Assembly (NCBI RefSeq): GCF_009914755.1
Contig: NC_060926.1
DNA: 64,000 bases
Strand: one strand, 5' to 3'
Source of the DNA: the human T2T-CHM13v2.0 reference genome, Homo sapiens
Shown one piece after another: positions 38,814 to 51,471 of the stretch. Each line of letters opens with the position of its first letter. Within the stretch, counting starts at the first letter, position 1. The notes beneath the pieces were generated by a model. That model did not search any database. It had not been told where the DNA came from and saw only the letters and a program-made list of their open reading frames with translations. The translations under genes and the position numbers were made by a program.

Positions 38814-39281
38814 TGTTATTAGTTTTCCATTGCTGCTATAGCAAATTATCACAACCTTAGTGGCTTAAAACAACACAGCTTTATTATCTTATAGTTCTAG
38901 AGGTGAAAAGATCAAAACGGATCGCACAGAGCTAAAGTCAAGGTGTTGGTAGGACTGTTTCCTTTCAGAGGCTCCAGGGGACAAGCTATTCCTTGCCTTT
39001 TCACACTTTTAGAAGCTGCCAGTGTCTGTGGCCAGATTATTCTAATCTTTGTATCATTTTCACACCCGCTTCTCCTGTATCTGACCTTTCTATGATCCTC
39101 TTATAAGGACTCTTTTCCTTATTACTGGCTGACTAAAATAATATAGGACAATCTCCCTAACACAAGATCCTTAACCATATACGCAAAGTCTTTTTTTTGC
39201 TATACAGAAAATATGTAGAACATTCAGAATCTAAGGACAGGATGGGAGTATCTCTGCAATACTGTTGTTCAGCTTAACACA
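38814..39281 (-). mobile_element. MLT1C/D solo LTR nested in L1MB ORF2
   Basis: tgttattagttttccattgctgctatagcaaattatcacaaccttagtggcttaaaacaacac...cagcttaacaca; perfect 5-bp TSD ggtgc at 38809-38813 and 39282-39286. Confidence 0.9.
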
Positions 39282-41204
39282 GGTGCCAAGGCAATGCAAT
39301 GAAGAAAAACTGTCTTTTTGACAAATAGTGCTTGGACAACTGGATATCCACATGCAAAGAATGAATTTAGACCACTCCCTCATATCATATGAAGACAGTT
39401 ATTTAGCTGGATTAAAGACCAAAATATAAGCACCAAAGCTGTAAAGCTGTTAGAAGAAAACATTGATATACATCTTTATGATCATGGATTAAGCAATTGA
39501 CAATGAAAGCTCATGTAACCAAAGAGAAAAGAGATAAATTGGACCTTATCAAAATGAAAACATTTTCAATTTAAAGACACCATCAAGAAAGTGTGAAGGC
39601 AATCCACAGAATGGGATAAAATATTTGCAAACCATACATCTGATAAGGGTGTAGTATTGAGGATAAATAAAGAACTCTTACAACTGAACAACAGGAACAC
39701 AAATAATCTGATTAATAAATGGGCTCAGGACTTAGACATTTCTCCAAAATATGTCTTGGAGAAGATAAACAAGCAGTCAAAAGGACCCGAAAAAATGCTC
39801 AGATGCTAAAGATTAGTCATTAGGGAAATATAAATGAAAATAAAAATGATATGTCACTTCACACACACAAAGATGCCTACAACACAGTAAGTGTTGGTGA
39901 AGATGTTGAGTAATTGTAATCATCATGTATTGTTGGTGAGAACCTAAAATGTTGCAGCCACTTTGGAACACTGTGTGGCAGTTTCTCAAAATGGTAAACA
40001 TAGCATTTCCACATGACCCAGCAATTCTACTTCTAGGTATATAACCAAGAAAATTGATAACATAGGTTCATGCAAAAACTTGCATATAAATGTTTATAGC
40101 AGCATTAGTCATAGGTGAATAGCCAAAATGTCCATCAAATAAAGAATGCATAAACAAAATGTAGTACGTTCACACAAATGAGTACTATTCAGCTACAAAA
40201 AATAATGAAATATGTGTTCATGGATGAACTTTGAAAATATTATGCTAAATGAAAGTAGCCAAAAACAAAAGGCCATAGATTATATCATTCTATTTATATG
40301 AAATTTCCAGAATAGGCAAATTCATAGAAGCAGAAAGTAAACTAGTGGCTGGGTTGACTGAGAAGGGGGAAGAATATAATGGGCAGTGACTGCTAATGAG
40401 TATGGTTTTTCTTTTAGCGATGAGGAAATATTCTAGAATTACAGATAGTGGTTATGGATGGACAACTTTATGAATATTTATGTAAGTTAAAGAGTAAGTA
40501 CAAGAGATTTAGTTCCCACTGTTGAAGATGTATATAATCCATGACTTTTGTAATCAGATGACATTTATTTTTAATGAAGAGTGATTTTTATAATATTCAT
40601 ACTCTCTTTTATTTTTATTTTTCATCAATACCTTGTAGTCTACCTTTATATAGTGATTTATAAATAGTTAATGTCTTAATTTTAATTCTTTCAATGTAGG
40701 GCACTTTATATGTCTCAGTTATAAAATTAAAGACTTCTTTTTTTGGAGGAATCATTTCATATTCGAGAAATTTCAAAAACTGACATTATTGTAGAATTGT
40801 ACATGCCTCCTCATACTATTATGAGAAATAGCAGTGGTATTTTTGGAATGACAGGTTGTTTTGCTGGCTTAGCTGTTAGTGATTGGGCATCTCTTGTTCT
40901 CAATAATGTATCAGGGGCTATGGAGGATGAGAAAGCATACAACTTCAAGGCATGTGTCTGTCTCAGTCACCTCTTCTTTTGAGGGTGCAATGTTAGTAAG
41001 TATTCAAAGATTAATGTTTGTGGGAATGCAGCTGTATTTTTGATGAAGAAAATGAGACAGTTGGAATTGATGATCAGTTTACTCTGAGCTCCAAAATTTC
41101 ATCAACTTCGTATTTTAATCCTAATCTTACTAAAATAAAAAGTTACTTATTACAGTGAATTCTCTTAAAGTTTCTAAAGTTCATATACCATTGCTGTACA
41201 TCTC

Positions 41205-41350
41205 TTGAAAATGGTAAGTATTAATATCAGGTTATGAAGAGAAAAACTAGACCCCAAGAGTCCCGTAAGTGAGCTGCCAGAAAATCAATGGCGGAACCTG
41301 AAGTAAAACCTCTTTCTCACAGCTTCCTTAATACTGCCTTGCTCACCAGA
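41205..41350 (-). mobile_element. MIR remnant
   Basis: ggtaagtattaatatc...gagaaaaactagacccc...taagtgagctgcc...aatggcggaacctg. Confidence 0.5.
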
Positions 41351-41644
41351 CCACAGATAATCTTTCACACAGGATAAAGGATCACTTCACCCATCATTGA
41401 AATGAAGCCACCCCCGAAGAGGACCACATTATCAATTTAATAGAACCCAACCAAGGAATCCAATAATGAAGGATAGGAATCCAAGACAAGTAAAGTACTT
41501 GATGCTGCCCATCTCCTAAATTGCTCTACAGATGGCATTCATTAAATCAAAGCAGTGTGCTTCCTGCTAAGGAGTCATATTTTAACAGACTCCTCCAATA
41601 AGTGAGAAGCCAGCTCAGATCTAGAACCCTAACTCTATACTTCC

Positions 41645-41760
41645 TAGAGTTCAGTCAACATACATTTATTATGAGCCCATCATGAGTCCAGCACAAAAGA
41701 GATGCTATGTGGAACATAAAAGGTGTGCAAGACATGGTCCCCACCTTCTGGGAGATCAAG
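41645..41760 (-). mobile_element. L2 3' end
   Basis: ttcagtcaacatacatttattatgagccc...aagacatggtccccaccttc. Confidence 0.65.
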
Positions 41761-42274
41761 CTGTCTCTGTGAGCCTTGCTCCCTTATGCCATCAGGGTCT
41801 GCCTGTAGTTATGCATGGTGAGGGCTGACCACATTGAATATTACCTGCCTTTAAGGGAAAAAAAGTCAATCCTTTTAGAAGCTTATTTTTTAAATTAATT
41901 CAAGACATCCTTTATTGGGATAGGAAAGTGGGGTAATATTGTCTTATTACTGTCATCTGTACTGAGAAAAAAAACATAAATGGATTCAGAAATGAGAGGA
42001 TTTCTAATTCATATCTATCTGAGAAATATAAGAAAGACTCTAAATTCATTGAGATTTTTACTCTCCAGAACGATTCAAATCTAGACACTATACATTATAG
42101 TTATAAGCAATTAGAACTGATATTAATGCATAATGCTGATCTCATAAAATTAATAACAGTGGGCAAAAGTTTTAGCTTCAGGTGATATTAGCATCATGGT
42201 TTGGTATGGGCATGCTTTCCAGAAAGCATATTCATATTCATTTCTGTGTTCATGCATTCAGTATTGAAGTCAGC

Positions 42275-42392
42275 ATATATATATATATATTATATATATA
42301 TAATATATATATTATATATATTATATATATTATATATATATAATATATAATATATATATTATATATATATAATATATATATATATATATTAA
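42275..42392. repeat. Pure A/T interrupted (TA)n repeat inside an L2 tail
   Basis: 118 bp with no G or C; flanked by ttcatgcattca... and aacatacctattgagcac. Confidence 0.95.
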
Positions 42393-43639
42393 CATACCTA
42401 TTGAGCACAGAGGATAAACCAGGGACAATGGTTTACAAACGTTTTTCTTTCTTTCTCTCTTTCTTTCTTTTCCTTTTTCTTTTGGGGATACTGGGGTTTT
42501 TTTTGTTTGTTTTTTACAGAAAATATGGTTTTCTGGAATTCTTAGTTCTCAATAAATATCAGAGAAAGGCTGTTGTTTGTACATACGCGTGTATTTATGT
42601 TTTAACCTATTATCAAGGCCAAGTTTGTGGAAATATGCCCACTTTATATAAATGGGTTAGTTGACCATTCAGTAACACATTTTGTGGTCTTAATTGTTTA
42701 TTGCATGCAGGAATAGCTGCTCTTGTTACAAGTGGCTTCTACCTTACCAACAGTAGTCTTTCCTTTGGCCAAACAAATGAAGTTTAATCAAATGGAGACC
42801 AGGTACAGGTTAGCCTTAAATGAACACTTTTCTTCAGCAATCATCTGTTTTTATTTTGTGAAGAGCCGGAAAGGTCTGTATTAGTCTTTGTCTGTTCCTC
42901 ACTGTCTGCCTCAGAAGAAAAATGTTTGCAACAAAATAGCTTTTATTCCATACAGCAACAGCTTTCAATTAGTCCATAATAAAAGTCTCCAACTGTTGAA
43001 ATTAGTGTGGAACTCAGAGCCAAGATCTCAATTTATCACCATGTAAGTGAATGGCAGGAATGCCATTATCCAATCAATTTTGCTTCTCACTTTTGCAAAG
43101 GTCAGGCTGTGCCATCCTTGGTTATAAAACACCACTTCTGGCTCTATGTTCCACTTTAACTTTCTCCCAGACATGTCAGGTCTGTTATGGAAGGACTCCC
43201 ATTAAGTGTTCATACTTTCAAAAGCCATTTTGTACTGGGCCTAGCCTTATATTTTAACTCGTAATATAGCACAAGGCTGCCTTAGAACTGCTTCTTCATA
43301 CATTTATACTTTTCTACAGTAGAAGGAAAAATTCACTGTGTGTGTGTATGTGTGTGTATGTTTGTAACACTTCTGTTCAAAAGTCTCTTTAAGGCTATAT
43401 TATAATCATTATTTTCATTTTTGTCTTTTCTCCAAACTACAATGAAGTAATAATCTATTTTATCTCTTGGATAAAAAGATGCAGCAATTTCCTCCTTTCT
43501 CCTATTACAGCAAACTCATTTAGAAATTAGCCACATCAGGAACGGAGTTTGCAGACTGCAAGTTGTATGTTTTTCCTTTTTTTAAAATCAGACTTTCTAG
43601 ATAGAATAAAGGCTGTTTTTGATAGTCCTCCTTTTGTTC

Positions 43640-43945
43640 TGTCCTCTTTCACTTCCTGATAGACTGTGGAATAAGTGATACGTAAGAACTCTGATGTGCT
43701 TCAGAGTAGGGAAGGTTTGTTTGCAGTGCTGATTAAGAGATGGTAGCATGGTGGGCCCGTAGCTCTCACTGCATGATAAGAAAGTCTTAAAAAGGCATTT
43801 CTTACCAGTTATGGGCTTTCCTTTTGGATGTGATCCTGGAATTCAGGTCAGATCCAGTTTTGTGCTTGCCTACTGTGAACACTGGTAAGTTCTGAGCAAA
43901 ACTTCCAAAGACCAGATTGCTTTTAAGGTCACACATGACGTCAGA
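43640..43945. promoter_or_regulatory. Candidate enhancer (ETS-IRF composite element plus full CRE)
   Basis: tttcacttcc at 43647-43656 (GGAAGTGAAA on the minus strand) and TGACGTCA at 43936-43943 in apparently non-repetitive DNA. Motif evidence only. Confidence 0.3.
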
Positions 43946-45414
43946 TTTATCCCAAGGAAGCCGACATAAGATGAAATAAGGTGGCAAATATATTATGAAG
44001 AAATTTTCTTTGCAAATACCCATGCGTTTCTGCTGCTCTTCTCATTAGCAATACTCCCTGGAATCGAGGGCACTTGGGAGGCTGCTGCCTTGTCTTTTTC
44101 CTCACAACGATGTTGGTGAAAAACAGGAAACTTGAATGTGTTCCTAAGTATTAGAATATACTAATTTTAAATGATCCCAAAAAGTAGCAGTGATGTTTCA
44201 ACTGTCTCTTTCATTTTCACTCCTAAATCTTAGTGTTTCTTCTTCCTTGTTATATACTGGAAGCTTTGCAAAAATAGTAATAGTGATGATCATTATTCCA
44301 TAGCTATCACCTCATGCTGAGACCATAGCAATGTCCTCCTTTCTCAGCCCTTCCACACACTCTCATCTCCCTCACATTCCAGATGACTTATTCTTTCCCA
44401 AACTTTATTTGGAATATCTCACAATATAAATCTCAGAAGTCTTAGTAACTCTCATTGTCCACAAATAAAATTTTACATCATTACATTTTCCCATTTTCAT
44501 ACCCCAGCTAGCTGCAGTCTCCAGACTTTATTCTGTACACGTCATGGCCCTGTGTACAGTTTATGAGAATTACATTTCAGTTAGTTTGCTTGATTGATTA
44601 ACAAATCTCCCTTTCAAAGTATAGTAGTTCATATTAAGTTAACCCTAACTAGGGCTACTCATCCTTGTCCATTTGTACTTAATAGTCCAGCCATACAAAT
44701 GTAGGATTTCTCTGCCTAAGGAGTGTGTGTCTTAAATTATATTGCTTCTTTATACAAACACATCTTTATAATCCAAATTATATTGATTTCCTGGGCATGC
44801 TCTATAAGTTTCTCACCTTCTTGAATATATTGAGCAAGGCAACAGTTGCATGCATCCTAGAGAAAAGGAATAGCATGAAGTTCTTAACCACTGAGAATAA
44901 CAGGGAGTTATATCAAGCCTTCTTCCAGCAAAAGTCCATAAGGAAAGTAAAGGTTTTCCTCAAGCCTTTATTTCTTAGGTCACAAAAAGTTGCAAGCCTG
45001 GGGCTTAAACTCATTCTCCTCCTTTTCTTGGTAAATCCTAAATAGCACTGCATACCTTTCTGATTCACTTCACCTTAGTACATATGTTTCTAAGGACTGA
45101 GATCCGTTAACTGATCTCTGCTTTTAACCCCACCTTATGCCTGTAACTTGTAGAACCTTTGCTGCCTGCCAGAAGGCAGACATGTCTTTTTTTTCAGATG
45201 CTTTTTTTTTTTTTTTTTTTTTTGCAACAGAGATAGAAAGTTTTCCGTTTTCACCTGATTTCTGATGGTCATATTCTGTGGCGCAGACTCACTCACTCGA
45301 TCTATCTACCTATCCTTGCACTAGACTCTAAACAGTATCTCCTAGATGGTAAAAGCAGTGATAGGTTTCCATGGTGCAATCCAACCCTTTCTGAGACACA
45401 TAACTTAAAAAATA

Positions 45415-45729
45415 TTATTCTGATAAGGACACTTAGCATGAAATCCTCTTAACAGATTATCAAGTGTACAATACAGCGTTGTTATCTACAGGCACGGCAT
45501 CATACTGTAGGTCTCCAGAACTTACTAATCTTGCATAACTGAAGTTTTATAACCATTGATTAGGAACTCCTTATTTCCCTGACCCGCCAGCCCCTGGCAA
45601 CCACCATTCTATTCTTTGTGTCTATGAGTTTGACTATTTTAGATACCTCACCTAAGTCTATCATGCAGTATTTGTCCTTTTGTGATTGGCATATTTCACT
45701 TAGCATAGTGTCCTCAAGGTTCATCCATA
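45415..45729 (-). mobile_element. L1MA8-10-like 3'-end fragment
   Basis: caagtgtacaatacag...cagaacttactaatcttgcataactgaa...cagcccctggcaaccaccattcta...atcatgcagtatttgtcc...aggttcatccat. Confidence 0.85.
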
Positions 45730-46774
45730 ACCTCTTTTCTGAAGACCTGTAAATTCAGCTCTTCCAATATTTTTCTGAGAGTATCAATCATAGCTAGCAT
45801 GGTGTTGCTTTTTTTCACTTGAACTTGACTGATAACTACAATCTGTTCTATGAAAATTGGAAGGACCACCATGGCTGGAGTCCCTGGCACGCTGTGAACA
45901 ATCTCCAAAATCCCATCTGATTTCTTGCCATAATACAGCATGGCAGTGGGAAGCATCTCCCAGGGTATTGGAGAAGGCATTTTAGACTCTGGAGTGACCT
46001 TCCCTCTCTCACTCTACTTGCTGTGACTGTTTGCATAGTGCTGTGGAACAGAATGTGGGCTTTACAGTTCAACTTACCCCAAGTGCCTATGTCAATATGC
46101 TCCCTCAGTCCTGTTAAAAAAAAAAATACAGCGGGAGTCTGATCAGCACTCAAATTTGTCTGTACATGTGTGTTAGTACTTGCCTGGTAGAATATCATGC
46201 GCTTTATAGGATCTGCACAACAATAATTTATGTTGCTGATTGAGTGCCCCTTACTGTGTATTCAATTTGAAGTCATAATTTATTTTCATAGTCACTTAAA
46301 CCACGCACAATCAGAAATATAAATCTGCTATAGGGGGAAATATAATATTCTGCATTAAGAAACTAAGGAATTTCTACTTCTCTGCCATTACAAATAATAT
46401 AAACTACAACAGCACAGATAGCTTAGCTTTAACTATGGTCTTTGAGACAAGGGCTTTGTGGCTGCCCTCTGTTAAATATGTTGTGTAGTGGGAAGGGGCA
46501 CTGTGTGCAACATCCTTGAAGGGAGTCAGGAAGCACAGGAGTGAGGATGAAGTACATGCATGGCTTACGACTGCATTTATTAAGTCTCAGTGCTTCCACC
46601 ATGGCAAGGAAAATAAGACTATGTGGATGACATGGATGGTTTAGCTTGGAGTAGGGGTTGGCTTGATTTTGAGGACCTCATGTTTATAAGATCATCAGTG
46701 ATACTCAGGCCAGAGGGAAAGGGTTAAGTGCTTTAGATCATTAGAAAATGAAAGGTAGAGTCCAGAGCTCAGTT

Positions 46775-46921
46775 CTATGCTTAGTACCTGGGTAACAAAT
46801 TCGTCTGTACACCAAACCCCTGAGTTATGAGTTTACCTATATAACAAACCTTCACATGTACCCCTGAACCTAAAATGAAAGTTAAAATATTAAAATAAAT
46901 AAATAAATAAATAATAAAAAA
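46775..46921 (+). mobile_element. 5'-truncated old L1PA (PA13-16-like) 3' end
   Basis: ctatgcttagtacctgggt...ctgtacaccaaacccc...tttacctatataacaaaccttcacatgtacccctgaacctaaaatgaaagtt followed by an A-rich tail. Confidence 0.88.
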
Positions 46922-48239
46922 GCAACCGAATCATTGAAGTAATCAAAAGATAAAAATATATAAAGATACAAGCTGAAAAAAAATCCAGAGTTCAGAACTT
47001 CTCAGAAAAAATTATTCTTCAAAAAATTATCCTTCTGAAAGTGATCTCTGAAGGTCTGTTATATGCATATATAAGCAGCAGTGTGTTTTTAGGGCATAGC
47101 CTTTTTGTTAGTAAATTTCTTCTCTTCTTTATATGTAAAGGCAGCAGTTCCCTTCATTTTTGATATGAAGACCTTATACTCTTTCTTAGTCAGCCTGAAT
47201 TGGGAAAATGCCTAAGGGGAGAAAAGCTCATTCAAATTCAGCAGTGCCTTCAAATGAAATTAAAATTTCATTAATCACAATGGTGCCTACATTCATTTGA
47301 CAAGAGATGGCACCAACATGCCTCAGATTATGTTATTCATTGAGACTACAGACAAGGTTTAGGATGTGAAATGTTCATGGGCCCCTTGCAATAATATTGC
47401 TGTCCTTAAGAGCCACACATCCAGATTGCAAACCACTGTTCTTAGGCGAAGGGGAATGCAGCTACCAAAGTTATTCTAATAAACTTCCCATTGGCTTTAA
47501 AGTTCAAAAATTTATTTATCAATACATTTTGTTAAATAAAGCTTATTTAGTATTATTAGTTTCATTTTTTGGTTCTTAATATCAAAATTGAGAACACATA
47601 ATGCATATTAAAACTAAGATGATTCCTAACAAACCAGGCGTGATGGGAAGCTCAGAGTATTCTGAGGACATCTGCTCAATTTCTGTGTAGGTAAAAAATC
47701 TAGTGTGTGAAAATGCCTGCAAACCGGAGGATAGCCTGGGCCTGGGGCTTGAGCATCTGGCTTAAAATGGACAGTTATCAAGAGGGGTAACTGACCCAGG
47801 ACCACTGGACCTAGGATCTCCAGAGATACCTGACTCCCAGTGCTACCCTCTTGAGAGACCAATAGTACACGTGACAGGCATAATAGTTTTCCTACAGATA
47901 CCAATTCAAAAATGTCTCTGGAAATTTCCTAACCCACCATCTTCCCACAAATAATTGCAACCTTCCAAAAGACATAGGCCTGCTCTTGCTTTAAACATGA
48001 AAGGTAGTTTACTGAAAGACTTTTTGACTTTTTGAAATTGTCGAATGCATCTCCTTACCCAAAGACTAAGAATAAATTGCTTTTGTGGCTTTTTTTTTCT
48101 ATATAAAATAACAGGCATCATCTAATTTATAGGCAACTTTGAAAATTCTGTTTCTGGCTTTCCTTTTGCAGGAATTTAGAACTATTAGAATTATGTTCAT
48201 TGAAAAGGTGTTCAGTATCTCTTGGAGGATAGTGATGTG

Positions 48240-48460
48240 CCTGAACAAACTAAATGGGCAGAGCCTGTGCACCACTGGCCCCTCCAGAATTGGCATCTCA
48301 CCATCTCAGTGTGAGTGTGGGCATTAGCTTCCCTCAAATTTCAGTTATTATTTTTTTCCTTTTTTTCCTGTTAGTAAGGATCATACCAACCTTGTCTAAC
48401 TCCAATGAGTGTGATGACCAAGACTTAAGACACAGAATACCTTACATAAGCTATAAAGTT
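48240..48460 (+). mobile_element. MIR remnant
   Basis: gtgtgagtgtgggcattagcttccctc...ttcctgttagtaaggatcataccaacct; highly degenerate. Confidence 0.45.
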
Positions 48461-50446
48461 CTACACTATATTATTGTGGTATCACTGCTGGCCAGATACT
48501 ATTAATGGGCATATTTGTACAGCTTGTGGGTATGGTTGTGTTAGGACTAAAACTTAGCATTGCATGCATTACATTGTACACAAACAGATATGAATGCATG
48601 GTTGATAAAAATGGAAGCACAACTTCTTTGTGTAAGTGTGATCCTTTCCAGTCAGTCAGACCAATCAGAATGGAGGAAAGCATAACTTAGTTGCTGATTG
48701 AATAAGAAAAGGGTCAGAATGTGGTAAATTGGAGGAGAGTATAGCCCAGAGAACCCATGTGGGGGGAAAGTGTGAGCCATGAATGAGAAAAGAGAGAAAG
48801 CCTGGACACCTATAGAATGGCTAGGAGTAAGTTCATTGAATTAGGGGATGGGGATCCTAGGCCTGATGAGAGGCAAAATTGGACAGCTTATGGAAAGAGC
48901 TCACAACATTTGGAGAAGAAGCAATCTCATAGTGCTTTATTGATCTCAGTGTTCCTAGAGACCATTTCCCCTAACATTCCAATGAAATCGACATTGAATA
49001 TGACTTGCCAGGATCTCTGGTCCCAGATGGGCCTTTGAACTTGTTTCCAAGTTCTATTGAGTAGACACAATGCCCAGCATGGAGGTCTCAAGCTTGAAGA
49101 CATCTACCTGGGTCTTGACTTGCAGCTTCACTAGAGCAAGGTTTATTGCTACAGAAAGGCAGAAGCTGTAAATTTTCTATTTTTTTAATGTGGTTGTTGT
49201 TAAAGGATTATTTGTTTTATTTGAGCCCTTGAACCCTATGGCTCTGACACACACAGTAAGACCCCGCTTCCAAGTTTATGGCAGGGAAGTCAGTCTGTAG
49301 CTAGAGAAGCAGTATCAGAAAGCAGTACTTAGTTAAATTGATCAATTACAATGAATGGAGGCTTATTTAGTAAATATTAAAAGACTGACTCAATGAATGA
49401 GTTTATGATATGACTCCGGAACTGGCAAAATTATAAAAACACAATTCCCCTGTGAAGAAATAACAAATAGGACTCATTACTAGGAGAATGAAATGTTGCC
49501 TCTCTCAGAGGATTTGGACTTTTCAGTGGCATTTTTTTAGCATCTATGGCCCTATTAAACCTTGTTATTTTTTCCCTAATTTGTGCCATTCAGAAATAGA
49601 TTTCATTTAACTTTCCCATGGCTCATTTCTCTCCCTTAGAACATTTTCATATGATTCCCTGATAAAGTCCATGCAGCAACACATTTCCATTATAAAACTA
49701 TAATAAGCACCAACTAAACAGCAACGTAAAATAGGCAGAGCATAAAAGACTGACATGAGAAGGAATTGGGCATCTGGGTAGTTAATTTTTATTCTTGAAT
49801 GCCCTGCTGCTTTTTTGACTTTTGTGGGTGTTTTTGGTCCTCTAGATAAGATTCCTTGCCTGTTGGACAAAAGCTTTAAGGAGACATTTTTCACGATTCT
49901 TAAAAGATAGCTACTTTTTTTTTTTTTCAGCAAGAAAATCATCAACTGATACCTTTCAATGACATAGTGAGATTGCTGTTCTTCACCAAAGTTCCATAAT
50001 GGAAAGAAAAGATTTTTATTTTTGTTCCTTCTAATCATCCTTTGTGCTTTCTAAAATATCCCTTACTCATTTCATGGAGTGGGACTGTTTTCTCTAGAGA
50101 ATTAAGTGAGGAGCGTTTAGCAACCTGTGTCCCTTCAATAATTGTTTCAATTCAACCAATATTTATTAATAGCCTCCCCTTCACCTTATGTCTTGCGAAA
50201 AATATGCATCATGGAAACACACCCTCTCCCTACAGAAGACACAAAGTTTTTCCCCAATAAACACTTAAACAAATGCTGACAGTTCAAGTGTAACTTTGGT
50301 TATGACCAGAAGCATATGTATGCATGGAGAGGTCAAACTGTGTCTCTCTGAGCATATTGACTCAGTATTATTTCAGGTATGAAATAGACATATAGTTTTT
50401 GGGACTAAGGTGAGATAAAGAGCTAAAGTCATGAAAGGCTAAAAGA

Positions 50447-51471
50447 GGGGAGGCGGTTCCAAGATGGCCGAATAGGTTCAGCTCCAGTCTACAGCTCCCA
50501 GTGTGAGTGATGCAGAGGTTGGGTGATTTCTGCATTTCCAACTGAGGTACCAGGTTCATCTCACTGGGGCGTGTCAGACAGTGGGTGCAGTACAGTGGAT
50601 GCAGTGCACCGAGCGTGAGCCAAAGCAGGGCAAGGCATCACCTCACCCGGGAAGCACAAGGGGTCAGGGAATTCCCTTTCATAGCCAAACAAATCTGTGA
50701 CAGAAGGCACTTGGAAAATCGGGTCACTCCCACCTTAATACTGCACTTTTCCAATGGTCTTAGTAAACAGCACACCAAATTATGTCCCGACCCAGGCTCG
50801 GAGGGTCCCATGCTCAGGGAGCCCCGCTCACTGCTAGCACAGCAGTCTGAGATCAAACTGAGGCAACAGCAAGTCTGAGGGAGGGGCGCCCACCATTGTT
50901 GAGGCTTGAGTAGGTAAATAAAGCTACTGGGAAGCTCAAACTGGGTGGAGCCCACTGCAGTTCAAGGAGGCCTGCCTGCCTCTGTAGACTCCACCTCTAG
51001 GGGCAGGGCATAGCCCAACAAAAGGCAACAGAAACCTCTGCAGACTTAAATGTCCCTGTCTGACAGCTTTGAAGAGAGTAGTGGTTCTCCTAGCATGGAG
51101 TTTGAGATTGGAGAATGGACAGACTGCCTCCGCAAGTGGGTCCCTGACCCCCGAGTAGCCTATCTGGGAGGCACCCCCTAGTAGGGGCAGACTGACACCT
51201 CATACGGCCAGGTACCCCTCTGAGATGAAACCTCCAGGGGAACGATTAGACAGCAACATTTGCTGTTCAGCAACATTCGCTGTTCTGCAGCATCTGCTGC
51301 TGATACCCAGGCAAACAGGGCCTGGAGTGGACCTCCAGCAAACTCCAACAGACCTGCAGCTGAGGCTCCTGACTGTTAAAAGGAAAACTAACAAACAGAA
51401 AGGACATCCACACCAAAACCCCATCTGTATGTCACTATCATCAAAGACCAAAGGTAGATAAAACCACCAAG
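50447..51471 (+). promoter_or_regulatory. L1 5' UTR internal promoter with YY1 site
   Basis: YY1 motif caagatggccg at 50460-50470; many CpGs decayed to TG/CA. Confidence 0.8.

Larger units (their letters stand above)
36135..40480 (+). mobile_element. Old L1MB-like LINE-1 with both ends retained and large internal ORF2 deletions
   Basis: ORF1-like peptide 37852..38070 (NESLRNLWDIIKFVNIHITGVPE); endonuclease remnant 38490-38617; C-terminal ORF2 remnant; L1MB-type 3' end cagaataggcaaattcatagaagcagaaagta...gtgactgctaatgagta...gatagtggttatgg. Confidence 0.85.

Noticed and set aside
48490-49030. Possible ancient LTR or promoter (ccaatcag, purine-rich)
   Set aside because: I cannot identify termini, a TSD or a family with any confidence.
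49607-50038. 143-aa ORF on the minus strand
   Set aside because: Passes through a poly-A run with AT-biased composition; no recognisable homology.
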